In this document: positions 26,600 through 38,946 of the stretch, piece after piece
Numbering within the stretch: the first letter of the stretch is position 1
Layout: each line of letters starts with the position of its first letter
DNA from: Takakia lepidozioides
Taxonomy: Eukaryota; Plantae; Bryophyta
Length of the DNA: 64,000 nucleotides
Reading direction: 5' to 3'
Assembly: GCA_030704615.1 (NCBI GenBank)
Contig: CM060733.1
Span: 66,402,001-66,466,000, forward strand
Translations under genes and position numbers: made by a program
Notes under the pieces: generated by a model
The model's database searches: none
The model's input: the letters and a program-made list of their open reading frames with translations, nothing else
What the model was told of the DNA's origin: nothing

Positions 26600-27210
26600 G
26601 ACATGTGCAAATATGGCGCCGAATTTCGCGGTAATAGGGTCCGTAACCTGAAAAAACGGCGACGTATTTCGCAGTAATAGGTCTCTCTGGCGAAAAATGG
26701 TGCCGAATTCTCTGAAACCGTTGTAAACTCATCTGGATGACCCGTGAAGACTTAGGGAAATTGGTGACGTGACCCCACAGGGGTCGCCGGTTTTCTCTAC
26801 CGGATCGGGGATTGCCGGCACAGGAAGTACAAAATTTATGTTTTTTCGACAGCCCATGTTCTGATTTAATTAACGTCGGACAGCCCTCATGATAGGTAAT
26901 TCGGCGCCATTTTTCCAGTGCATGTTCGGACTTAGCCAGTTTTCGGCGCAAAATAGGGAAATTCGGCGCCATTTTTCCAGACGTTTGTGTACCAGTGCAT
27001 GTTGGGACTTGGCCAGTTTTCGGCCCAAAAAAGAGAAATTCGGCGCCATTTTTTCAAACACGGTACCAGTGCATGTTGGGACTTAGCCAGTTTTCGGCCC
27101 AAAAAAAAGAAATTCGGCGCCATTTTCCCAGACACAGGTACCAGTGCATGTTGGGACTTAGCCAGTTTTCGGCCCCAAAAAGAGAAATTCGGCGCCATTT
27201 TTCCAGAAAT
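26600..27210. repeat. Left subterminal array (~65-bp unit, GAAATTCGGCGCCATTTTT core)
   Basis: Unit GTACCAGTGCATGTTGGGACTTAGCCAGTTTTCGGCCCAAAAAAGAGAAATTCGGCGCCATTTTT repeated about 4-5 times. Confidence 0.9.
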
Positions 27211-27361
27211 GGCCCCACAACTGCTTTTGTTGGATCTCAGTTTGAATGGAATATTGCCTCATTCCAGGAGTTTTGGGGTGCATTTCATTACACTGCAAAA
27301 AAAAATCTGATACAACAAAATGCAATTGAAAATATCCATATGGAGGATTCCCTTTGCCCCA

Positions 27362-30300
27362 TCAATGATTTCTGGAATCCCTAAGGAGGAGTTTGTGCAG
27401 CTTGTTCACGCTCAACGCCGGTGCATGAATAAAGTCATCAATAGTCACGTTCATCCTCAACCTCTTCAGGTAAATGTAATACAGATGCTTGCACGGATAA
27501 TACTTTGAACCCTTCTTTGCTTCCATCAACGAGAAGTCCGTACAATTGCAAGTCGGCTCCACTCCAATCATAATTGTGTATACATCGTCGCGTCCAGCCG
27601 AGCCGGCCGTTGCAATCCGATACACACGCCCAAGGCCGGATGGGGGTATGTCCACGGAGCTCTGAATAGTGCAAGCCATCCCAAGAGCATTGGCAATCCG
27701 AGTCTCATTCAACTTGTTGGAGGGTGTCGTCTCTTCACTCTTTCGAATCGCATTGTGGGATGTGCAGAATTGTCCAATCCGTCTCTACTGGACCGAGCAG
27801 TCTGCAATGGCTGGGTCTGAGGAACCGAAAATGCGTGGGCCGGGATGTCTGTGCGTTGCACCATTCGAAATCCTGCTGCAGATAGAGCATCCGCCTCATT
27901 CTGAGAGAGGCTGCAACCCGGTGCAACAGGCCAGACGCCCGGAGGCTCCGGCATTCCCTGAATCCCGTACTTGGGCTTGCCAAATACACAGGTCATTATG
28001 TCGTGCCTACAGAACCAAAATGTCTGCGTTGTGGCGTGAGCAAATGTGGGAGTCAAAAATCTGCCGCTGAAACAAGGTGCAGGTACAGCATCGTGTGGGT
28101 TCCTCTGAATCATCTCACCACAGCGTGCTCTCGTATCCACCCGGATGGCGCAGCACTTCCCTCGAAATGCCGGCAATGTTCTCGCAATTCTCCACTGTGA
28201 CTCCGACACTCTTGTCTCCACAATGGGAATGTTGTACTGCTTTACTACAGATGGCTCGTTATGTTGCCGGGGCACGCGCCCTGTGCTCAAAGGAGATGGC
28301 GATCTTGAACGTGCAGGACTTGCGGTGCTCGACGAGACCTCCTCGGGCAACATCACGGACCACGAGGGAGCGTGCGAATATTCTTGTCAGCTCGCCATGA
28401 ATCCTCTTCTCCGCCAGGTGCCTCGTCAAGTCTTCGTCTCACTGGACGGGTATGAACATCTCCTTCCAAATGTTGGCCTCTTCGCAGCAATGGCGTGTCC
28501 GAAGGCCCTCTCGCAAGGCCGCCGCCCACTTCCGAGGATTCTTCGATCTAGAGGCAGTCCGCATCAGCATTTCCTGCCTGTCCGGCCCCAAGCCCCACTG
28601 TTTCCCTTTCAAGAACTCGTTGTACTGCATTGCTGCATAATTGACCTCACAATATCCTCCGTTGTGGCAGTGAGGATGTCCACCAGATGCGCCGCAGAGG
28701 AGGCACGCCAGGAAGAGTGCACTGATTCGGCCATGTTTGTCGTGGGCATGTCGGTGTCGGAGTCGAGACACATTTCCTGCACAAGCACATGTTGAGGTTA
28801 CAAGCAAGTTACAAATATGGCCAAGAATAATATTCAACGGGACGCGAATTCGTGCAACTCACCTCCCGCATATAGTCGCCGAACTGGAGGAAATGATAAT
28901 GCCACCATGCTAGCCAACTGACCATTGCTTCCTTGTCTGATTTCCTTACAGCACCTGATGATGTCCACCAAGCCTGTATACATGCAAACTGTGTCTCTGC
29001 ATCATCCAAGGTGGGAGCGCGCTTCCACGCAAGGCACATAGAACGGTGCTCCTCTCTGAAATCTGGCGCCACGAGCCTGGTTGTGTACTGCGAAAGGCTC
29101 TGCAGAAAATGGAACCTACAAGATCTCTCCTTGCCTTCCATGGGAACATTGGGGTCTTGCCCGTACACCCTTCGGATGGCAGCCCAATTTGCTTGTGCGT
29201 TGTCCGCCATGAAACCACGGAAATTGGGAGGGGGCAATCCCGCCTTGGCCATCTGTTCGTTTATTCCCTGCCAAAGAAGCATCTCCGATTGTGTGTCCTC
29301 TCCTTTCATCTCACAAATAGCAATTGTCATTAGCATCCTGCAGTGGGTGTCGTAGACATGTGCACCCATTGTCACCCACTGGTGATTTGTAATTCGCTTG
29401 ATATGGTCGAACATGACCCAACTGTTTGACAAGTCCCCACTTGTCATCCTGTCGACCAGTTCGACGCCGCTGCCAGGTCCACACGTGGACATTTTGAATA
29501 CGAAACAACGATCTGCCTCAGTCCCTTGTCCTGGAAACCTACTTCCATGAATGTAGTCATATCCACATCGTCGCTTCACCTCCAGAATGGAGTGCATATC
29601 CGAGCCACGCCCAATTTTCTGTTTGCATGAGACAATGTGGTTTCGGACATTCGGTGAACATACGTGGGACACCGACTCCAGCAATGCCTCCATTTCCTTC
29701 TCATCGAGAGGAACTCTATCGGAGCTGTCTTCCGACATAATTCTGGCCAATGCCATCTTATGGGCGGCTTGGAGCTGTATCTGTTTGGGTTTGGCACCCG
29801 GTCTCAACTTAACCTCCTCCTGAACGAGCTGCTCTGCTTCGTGGGCAGCCTCCCGCGAGTTCCCCCTCGCCAATTTGTGACAATGGGAACCAACGTGTAT
29901 GCAAGCTCGGGTGAGGTCAGCGAAACGGTGCAACACATAGAACTGCTTGGCATTACAAACAGACATGCAGTGTGGTGGTTCTTTGCAATGCGCACACTTA
30001 AATGTGGAGTTCGGAACCTTCTCCTGAGTTCGAAATGGTTGATGAGTTGTGCTTGTCCAATCGGTCTCGTTCCTGTGACCTCTGGATTTAAAGTGGAAGC
30101 AAGTTGGGGAGAAACACCGCAACGCGCCCCACAAACAACGTAGCGCACCCGCACACCATCGAGCATCTTCATGCTGGTGGTTTTGGTAACGCACCAAGGA
30201 TGACCGTCATGTTTTCTATCCATATCTGTCAACATTCCGGACGCCCTCGAGTAGTCCGCCCGAGGAGGGAACTCAAAGAAGATATTACCGTCGACGTCGG

Positions 30301-31068
30301 CGGGAAGGCATGTAACCGATTTAATTGCGAACTTGCTGTAGTCCAGCCCGGCCAGCTCCGACCGGTGTCCCTCCAGGTGAAGCCCTCGCAGAATTTCAAG
30401 AATAGATCGAACTGCGGTGCTCGTGCTAGGAATATGACTCCCTCCTCCACTGACGTCCATTGAGGACTTGCCTGATCTCCAGGACGACCTCGAAACTTCC
30501 ATGACCTCGTCTGAGTCGGACAGGTTGTGAACAACCCGGTTCTTGCTCGTCTTCATGGATGGGTTCGGCTATGGATTTACTTCGTTGCGGACTTCTCTCT
30601 TTGAGGTAGCCACTCTCTGATTCGCGGATTGTTTCGTGGAAGGCGCCAGGATAGAAGGTGCATTTGGCGGGCAAATGAAGTCCCCAACAGCCCTGTATAT
30701 GACGCTGTCCGATGGTGGAACTCCTCATTCCCTACCATCGCCGAAATCATCGTGGAGCACAACAATACTCTCGACAACAAGGCCGTTTGAGTCCTTCCTT
30801 TCCTCCTCCAAAAAAACTGACCCCAGTTTCAGGTGGTATTGAACGCACAAATATTTCTCCATCACCCGACAGATGTCCCCTCTGCACGGAAATGAAGCTC
30901 TATGCTCGTGAGGAGGGCAGTACACTGTAGCGCTCGGGTTTTCCGCCATGGGAGATGTACACACAAGACTGCCAGGATGGCGTGCGGGGAAGCTCCCTGG
31001 TAGAAGGGGGATGCAGCGATGGGAAGGAATACGGTGCCGATTTGTCCGAGCGACAAAGCCTGATCCAA
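27362..31068 (-). pseudogene. Transposase A: GCM/WRKY-like Zn finger + Mutator-type DDE + C-terminal SWIM; frameshifted, one intron (28862-28777)
   Basis: DGHPW..C..CAHC..C..C..HVGSHCH finger. WVMFDH (D1), GFMADN (D2), CRFH (CxxH). After GT-AG splicing reads EMCLDSDTDMPTTNMAESVH (E3). C-terminal CNCTDF..YPCKHLY (SWIM, ORF 27362-27712). Start codon uncertain. Confidence 0.85.
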
Positions 31069-31249
31069 ATACAGGGAGCCAACTATCTCAAAAATCCAGA
31101 GTCAGAGTGTTAATGAACCTTGTCTCCGGAATGCGGCCCCTGGTCTTTGCGCAATAACTGCCAACGGTATGAAGTCAGAAAGTGGGGGGCCGTCCGGATG
31201 ATGTCGGCTGAAGGGGAGAAGCCGGCACCGTGCCGTCACATTACTACCC

Positions 31250-33170
31250 CCGAATGGAAATTCGGCACCCAATACCCAACAGGGGCCGCACGGATGAAGT
31301 CGTCTGGGGCAGAGATGCCGGCACCTGTCCGACAGAAAACATCCCCCGGATGGAAATTCAGCGCCGAATTTCCATTCGGATCCACCCAAAGGAAGTCCTG
31401 TCGGGGGGTCAGGCCGAAAACTGGCCGACCTAAAAACCTCCGCGGATGGAAAAACGGCGCCGAATTTCCATCCGAGGCCTTTCGGATGCAGTCGGCTCGG
31501 GGGAAAGGCCGCCATCTGGCCCTCACATTACAACCCCCGGACGGAAATTCGGCACCGAATATACAACAGGGGAAGCCCGGATGAAGTCGCCTGGGGCGCA
31601 GAGGCCGGCGCGTGTGCGACAGAGAACATCCCTGGATGGACATTCGGCGCCGAATTTCCATCTGGGCCCCCCAAAGGAAGTCATGTCGGGGGGTCAGGCC
31701 GAAAACTGGCCGGCATAAAAACATCCCCAGATGGAAAAACGGCGCCGAATTTCCATCCGGGGCGGTTCAGATGCAGTCGGGGAGGGGGGAGAGGCTGGCA
31801 CCTGGCCGTCACATTTCAACCCCCGGACGGAAATTCGGCACCGAATATCCAACAGGGGACGCCCGGATGAAGTCGCCTCGGGCGTAGAGGCCGGCACGTG
31901 TTCGACAGAGAGCATCCCCTATATGGAGATTCGGCGCCGAATTTCCATCCGGGCCCCCCCAAAGGAAGTCGTGTCGGGGGGTCAGGCCGAAAAGTGGCCG
32001 ACATAAAAACCTCCCCAGAAGGAAAAACGGCGCCGAATTTCCATCCGGGGCCGTTCCAATGCAGTCAGGGAGGGGGGAGAGGCCGGCACCTGGCCGTCAT
32101 ATTTCAACCCCCGGACGGAAATTCGGCACCGAATATCCAACAGAGCGGCGGAGAGGCCGGCACCTCTCCGACAGATACCATCCCCGGATGGAAATTCGGC
32201 GCCGAATTTCCATCGGGGCCCCCTCAAAGGAAGTCGTAAAAACCTCCCAGAATGGAAAAACGGCGCCGAATTTCCGTCCGAGGCTGTTCCGATTTGCCTC
32301 TAGCAGTCAAGGATTCCAAGAAAAACGTGTCTACAAGTGCACTTCAGCCACAAAACAACAGTTAGGTTTGTTTTTCTCCGAAAAATCAATCGGACACGCT
32401 CAGAATTACCTGCAGGAAGGTAATTCAGCGCTTCAAAATACCTGGCGAATGGAAATTCGGCGCCGAATATCCATACGCCAGCGATCCGACTTACTTGCTG
32501 GATGGAAATTCGGCGCCGGATTTCCATCCATCCGGGATTCGAGTTACCTGCAGGATGGAAATTCGGCGCCGGATTTCCATCCATCCGGGATTCGAATTAC
32601 CTGCAGGATGGAAATTCGGCGCCGGATTTCCATCCATCCGCCTCCGAATTACCTGCTTGAGGGAAATTTCGCGCGCCGCCCTACCTGCGCGGATGGAAAT
32701 CCGGCGCCGGATTTCCATCCATCCGCCTCTGAATTACCTGCGTGAGGGAAATTTGGCGCGCCGCCCTACCTGCGCGGATGGAAATCCGCCGCCGGATTTC
32801 CATCCATCCGCTTCTGAATTACCTGCGTGAAGGAAATTTGGCGCGCCGCCCTACCTGTGCGGATGGAAATCCGGCGCCGGATTTCCATCCATCCGCCTCC
32901 GAATTACCTGCGTGAGGGAAATTTGGCGCGCCGCCCTACCTGCGCGGATGGAAATCCGGCGCCAGATTTCCATCCATCCGCTTCGGAATTACCTGCGTGA
33001 GGGAAATTTCGCGCGCCGCCCTACCTTGCAGGATGGAAATTCGGCGCTGAATTTCCATCCTGCTGCGCTCCGAATTACCTGCAGGATTGAAATCCGGCGC
33101 TGGATTTCCATCCTGCAGCGCTCCGAATTACCTCTACGTTGGAAATTCCGGGCCGAGTTCCGTCGATTTT
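31250..33170. repeat. Intergenic palindrome arrays between the divergent genes (long ~290-bp units, then ~39/75-bp units)
   Basis: Roughly 25 or more palindrome copies; perfect 28-bp palindrome GATGGAAATTCGGCGCCGAATTTCCATC at 32187-32214. Confidence 0.95.
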
Positions 33171-33324
33171 CATCCGACATGGAGGGCTTCATCCGACATT
33201 TAATTACGCAATTGGGCAATAAATGTCCACTGCCATCCGTTTTCATTCGGGCTGGCGACACATGGCTTCCTGGATACGTACCCTAAATCTGATGCTAATC
33301 TTGGCTTAACATGCTATTCGAGGC

Positions 33325-36300
33325 ATGTACCCCAAAAACGGAGATCTTTTTCCATTTTGGCTGGGACTTATGTCGCCTGAAGGGCGTGGCTCTCCTGAGA
33401 GAGACCTCACATCCAGACCGCGGCGGAAGTTGAAAGCTCTGTACTACGGACGACGGCCAATCTCTCGCATGGCCAAACTGAAGCTCCAACAGGAGATTCC
33501 AGTGTCTTGCTCACTGAAGCCGAGTACTCTCAGGCAAGCCACTTCTGCTTTCGCTTTGTTCGATTTCGCTTTTGCTTTCGCTTTTGCTTTGTTGCCTCAC
33601 TTTGTTTTTGCATCTTCATCCTGGCTTCGCTGGATGAGTGAACCTTAGATAGTTGAGTGAACCTTAGATTGTTTGCAATGCGTGTGCAAATCCGGCAGCA
33701 CTGGAGAAGGCTGCTTGTGCATGTCATTCTCAGGCAATGGTTGCATTTGTTTTCATTGTTGTTGCATGGCTCTCCATACTTCCTAAACTTGTTATGTTTT
33801 CATTTTTGTTACACGATTGTTGCTATGGTGGTTGCGCTGCTGGTTTTGGCACCGATGTTGGTTCTCACGATTTTTGGGAATGACAGAGTGACGACGAGCT
33901 CGGCACGCTGGTGGTATCATCGACAGCTCCAACTCATCGCATGTTTGAATCGCCCAACTTGGGGCGAGAGGGCAAACTTAAACCTTTTGTTGGTGGACGG
34001 GAGGACTTGCAACGAGAGTACGACAGAATAGGCATTGGGGAGGTTGGTGCAGGCGGCATGGCAGGTGAAGAGCGTGAGGACATGAGGACAGCAGATCCGG
34101 CAATGGAGGTTGTTCATGCACATGCAGTAGGGCCCGCCCACGCAAAGAAAAAGAAGAAAGCTAAGCACATGCAATCCCCGGCGAGAGAGCCGTCACGGGC
34201 TGCGGAGGGAGGAGTGAGCAGTGCGCGCGAGGGTGTCAGTTCGCCTCAATCAAAGGTGGTCATCCTGGAGGGCTCCCCTGCTGCTAGCCCTAGTAAGAAA
34301 CAGAAAGCCCGTGAGAGGGCAAAAGAGAGGGCAAAAGAACAGACGAGACAGAATGCTAGCCAGGAGGAAAGAGAAAAGGCCACTGAAGAGGCCAGGGGTG
34401 CCCAAATGACAGATGCCAATGTAAGCGAGGGACGCACAGAGACGGTGGATCCCTCCAAGACACCACAGAGAGGCAGTAACACACCGGTTAGACCATCGAG
34501 AGCAGCCCCTGCAATTACCCATACGGTGGAGAGTGGAGGAGAGGAAAGAACACCAGAAAGAGCACGGATTGTGCAAGTTCGAGGTGAAGCCAGGGAGAGG
34601 GCAGTAGAGACGGGGAGAGTGCTCGAGGTGGCTTCGCAGGTGGCTGACCCTGTTGAGGAGGACGACAGGGAGCTTTCTGACCAGGATGACATCCTCCCGG
34701 ACATCCCCAGGCCCCAAACCCGGAGCATACAGGCTGGATTTGGCGGTCCTGGTGGGCTGCCGGAAAACCCCTCTGCAGCAGACGTCATGTCTGAGGCGGA
34801 TATGAAGTTGGCCGCTGCCAAGACGTTGGAGGCAACCCACAGCAACATTGGCAAGGTGCTGGGGGGCATGGTGTACCCGGCCAAGCTTCGAATTCCCCTT
34901 TGCCGCTTGGTGTCATTGCAGGTGGTGAGACCTGCCCTCCCAGGCGATATCGACAAGCTGAAATTATCTTTCCGGGATGGATATCGAATGGGGTTTGCCG
35001 CAGTTTACGTTTCCATTGAGAACAACCACGGAGCTTCTCGTGCCCACACTTCCGATGAGGTGGACAAATGGGGTCCCCATTGGCAAAGGCGAAATGAGGA
35101 GTTCGAGAGATCGATTGCTACTGATCCTCTTTTCCAGCACTTGTCCGGAAAGATGTTTTACGTGTGGGATGGCAATCATTGCCTCCTGGCATGGATGGAG
35201 CACATAGCCGAAGCCCATCCCAATGACCTCGATTGGCATTTCGCCGTGGAGTGTGTTGTGCTGAAGGTTGCGGGGCCCAAAGATCGTAGTCTTCTCAAAG
35301 CTGCAATGGCGGACATCAACTCGTAAGTTACAACGCCTCTTGCTTTTGGACCCAAAATTTGTAAGTCATTTCATTGCGAATCCTCATATTTGTTCAAAAT
35401 TCCCATTTCAGTATTGTTTGATGGAAATGTGGCATTGCAGGGTGACTGAGAATGCCTTCATTGCCACCAACTTATCCCATATGCTCTTCCGAGTGAAGGA
35501 TGTCGGGAAGCAGGGGGTGCAAGAGTTTGTCAATTCGCTCAGTGCCGACCTCCTACGCAAGTCGGAGGCAAAGGCAGACAGAACCTGGTATAGGCTGAGC
35601 GTCGATGCCATGGTGGACTACATATTTCGGGTAAAGCTCCTGACAGTTTTGTTGAGCTAATCTGTCTCTCCTCCCCCAATAGAAGAAAAGGTCTTCACCG
35701 TGATTTCTAATTTCCTCCCCCAATAGAAGAAATTGTGTTGAGCAGGATCTCTAATCTTATGTGCGCATTCTTGACAGACGAAAATACAGCAGGATTTGGC
35801 ACATGCGCGGAGGTTCTACATGGAGTCAGAGGAGAAGAATCCAACCCTCCCGGCACTCAAATCGTATGTCAAAGTTGCGGAGGTGAGGGCCGGCATAAAG
35901 TACAAGTCGCGGATGGTAAAGTACGTGGCCATAGCTGATCCCGCCCTTGGTGCCGACTTTCTGGTGGAGGTGGGGAAGCACTACTCTCGTGCTCTGAAGC
36001 CCACGATGACATTGGAGAAGCTCCATCGTCTAGCCACATCCTGTGTGGATGCAACAGAAAAGGTGATACATTCTTAACCAAATTGTGGTGGCAACAACTC
36101 CTTTTTGTGGTGTTTGGGGCTTACGAATATGCTGGGTGGTTGGACAGTCCCGATGGCTCCAAATCTGGAATGGTTCCCAAAGTACCAGGGACATGTGGAG
36201 CTTCCGCAAACCGGACAAACTCTCTGACCCCACATTTGACATGTGGATGAACCGCATGACATGGTGGTTTCAGGTACTTCCCCACGCTTCGTTTGGGGCT

Positions 36301-38946
36301 TCTACTCTAGTAGGGGGTGGATTCATTAGATTTTTTCAGGAAAGCGATCTGATGGAGAATCTCCACAGGTGACGACGAATGCGCAAGAGCAGCTGGACAC
36401 ACGAGCACATCAGTTCAAGATGGAGATATCTCCTGCAGCAGAGAGCCTACGTGACTATGTGACGAGGTATTTTCTGCTCTACAAAACCAACCTATTCTTT
36501 CGGGAGATAGCAGATGCTCACCAGAGCCACGAGTTCACCGACCAGCCGAACGCGGACAAAGCAGCAATGCGCCTTCTGTACAGGTACATACGCGCTGCCT
36601 TTCTTTCAAGTCCTTGCATTTCAGGATGTTAGAGGCCTCATGTGGTGTTAGGGAAAATGGCGCCGAATTTCCAGTCAGGGCTCCGAAAATGGCTAAGTCC
36701 CTAGACTGGCTGGCCCTGAACTGGAAATTCGGCGCCATTTTCTAGTTCTAGGCCCTATTGCCGTTCAGGGACTTGGCCATTTTCGGGCTAAGTCCCTAGA
36801 CTGGCTGGCCCGGAACTGGAAATTTTCCAGTTCTAGGCCCTATTGCCGTTCAGGGACTTAGCCATTTTTGGGCTAAGTCCCTAGACTCGCTGGCCCTGAA
36901 GTGGAAATTCGGCACCATTTTCCAGTTCCAGGCCCTATTGCCGTTCAGGGACTTAGCCATTTTCGGGCTAAGTCCCTAGGGTGGCTGGCCCTGAAGTGGA
37001 AATTCGGCGCTATTTTCCAGTTCTAGGCCCTATTGCCGTTCAGGGACTTAGCCATTTTCGGGCTAAGTCCCTAGACTGGCTCGCCCCGAACTGGAAATTC
37101 GGCGCCATTTTCCAGTTCTAGGCCCTATTGCCGTTCAGGGACGTAGCCATTTTCGGGCTAAGTCCCTAGGGTGGCTGGCCCTGAACTGGAAATTCGGCGC
37201 CATTTTCCAGTTCTAGGCCCTATTGCCGTTCAGGGACTTAGCCATTTTCGGGCTAAGTCCCTAGGGTGGCTGGTCCTGAACTGGAAATTCGGCGCCATTT
37301 TTCCAGTTCTAGGCCCTATTGCGGTTCTGGGACTTGGCCATCTTCGGGCCAAACCAGGAAAAATGGCGCCGAATTTCCAGTTCAGGGCTCCCAAGATGGC
37401 TAAGTCCCTAGGGTGGCAGTCACCGAAAACCGAAATTCGGCGCCATTTTTCCATTTCTAGGCCCACTCACATCCGCCCCAACCTGGGAAAATGGTGCCGA
37501 ATATGCATTTCAGGGACCTCATTGTGTTTTTCATGAATGCAGGTAGTGCAAGTTCTCCCTTTTGGAGAAAGGTCATCTGTCTTTCGAGCCACCATTCTTC
37601 CTGGCATGGAGGAACCTTGGGGCTGACTCCATGTACACTGACGATATTGTGAAGGAGTGGCATCTGGAACATTTGCGTGATTGCCCTTGGTATGTGGACC
37701 TTCCGCCCGGCTCGCTCGACCCATCCAAGTTTCAATTGAAGCTGGATGCTGAATTCCGACGAAACCGGGCTCCGCTGCCTCCGTTGGGTGCAAAAGAGGC
37801 AAAAGCGCTTGCGAACTCTAGGAAAGCGGCAGAGCTTGCTCAGGCAGGAATTCAGGAGAAATTGCATGAGAAGAGTAAAGGCCAAAGGAAAAGGACAAGG
37901 AAACAGGTGAGTGCAGTAACACCCAAAAAGAAGAAAACCATCGGGGCATCGGAGGAGGCGCAGGAGGGGACCTAAGAGAGTGACTCGGACGACGACTTTG
38001 TTCAAGGTCCTGCGACTGCTGTTGCTCCTACCCAGTCACCGGTCGTCCGGGTTCCCAAGTCAGTTCGGAGTGGGACTGGCTCTGCCAAGAAGTTGGCATT
38101 TGAGGGCGAGCCTACACGGCGGTATTCGGCGGTGACGTTTACGCACAGGCCAAAGCTAGAACCTCCAACCATCATCCAATGCGTCAATGAGAGCTTCCTT
38201 GATGCTCTCGCTGCCAGGGCGAAGAAGGTGGCACACAGCAAGTCTCTGGCGGAGCAGAAGGGGAAAGCCAAGAAGAGGGCTGGCGCTACAGAGCCTAAAG
38301 ACACCCCTGGTTTTGAAGCCATGATGGGATCGAGGCCGAGGAGCCCCCGGTTTACGAGTGAGTGGTGGCATTGTAAGTTGCCTCCAGATTTCGTGAGGCA
38401 CCTCCCTCCGCTCTCTTATTTCAATGAAAACCCTTTCTGGTTGTGCTGGTATTGACATTCTTGAAGTGGATTTGTTCTTACTGTAGGATGTCAAGTACTG
38501 CCGGAGGGACGTCTACACCGGAGTTCATGGGCAGGAGGAACGTGCCTTTTTTTGCCAGGGGGGATTTCATGCCTAGTCCAGAAAGGGAGTACATCCTTCC
38601 TACTTATGCTGCCCGGCTTGCTTTGGTGTCCATTAGGAGGTGTTCCGAACCTAGTCGTGTACAGCAGATTTTAGACGAGGCAAGCCTCAAGAAAATGAAG
38701 ATGAGGGAGGAGGCAACAGCTATTAGAGGCCGTCGGGCTCGTAGATTTGTCTTGGATTCTGCTGAGGAAAGTGGGGGAGAAGACGCAGAAGATTCCCAGG
38801 AGGTGAGGTGGACAGTCCCCCAAGGAGAGGACGGGATTTTTGAGAGGCATAGTGGAACTGATGCATCACAGAGCTCGGAGGATGAGGGGGATGAGGGGGA
38901 TGAGGAAGAAGGTGGGGCAAGTTCCTCGGAGGGTGTAGGAGAGTAG
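33325..38946 (+). pseudogene. Multi-exon accessory gene A (copy 2): low-complexity basic N-terminus, ParB/Srx-like domain, helical region, partly deleted MTase-like region, acidic tail
   Basis: LRIPLCRLVSLQVVRPALPGDIDKLKLSFRDGY..MFYVWDGNHCLLAW..VECVV. Introns at ~35323-35440, 35630-35777, 36063-36148, 36274-36368, 36583-37541, 38373-38486. Lesions: 13-nt deletion at ~33513, R->C in GNHR, TAA at 37973, internal deletion at ~38327. Confidence 0.8.
36655..37510. repeat. Intronic ~87-bp tandem array in accessory gene A copy 2
   Basis: About 7 units with GGAAATTCGGCGCCATTTTCC core, lying between donor 36583 and acceptor 37541. Confidence 0.9.

Noticed and set aside
31250-33170. CRISPR array interpretation of the palindromic repeats
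   Set aside because: Spacers are themselves repeated, unit lengths vary, there are no cas genes, and the context is eukaryotic and spliced.
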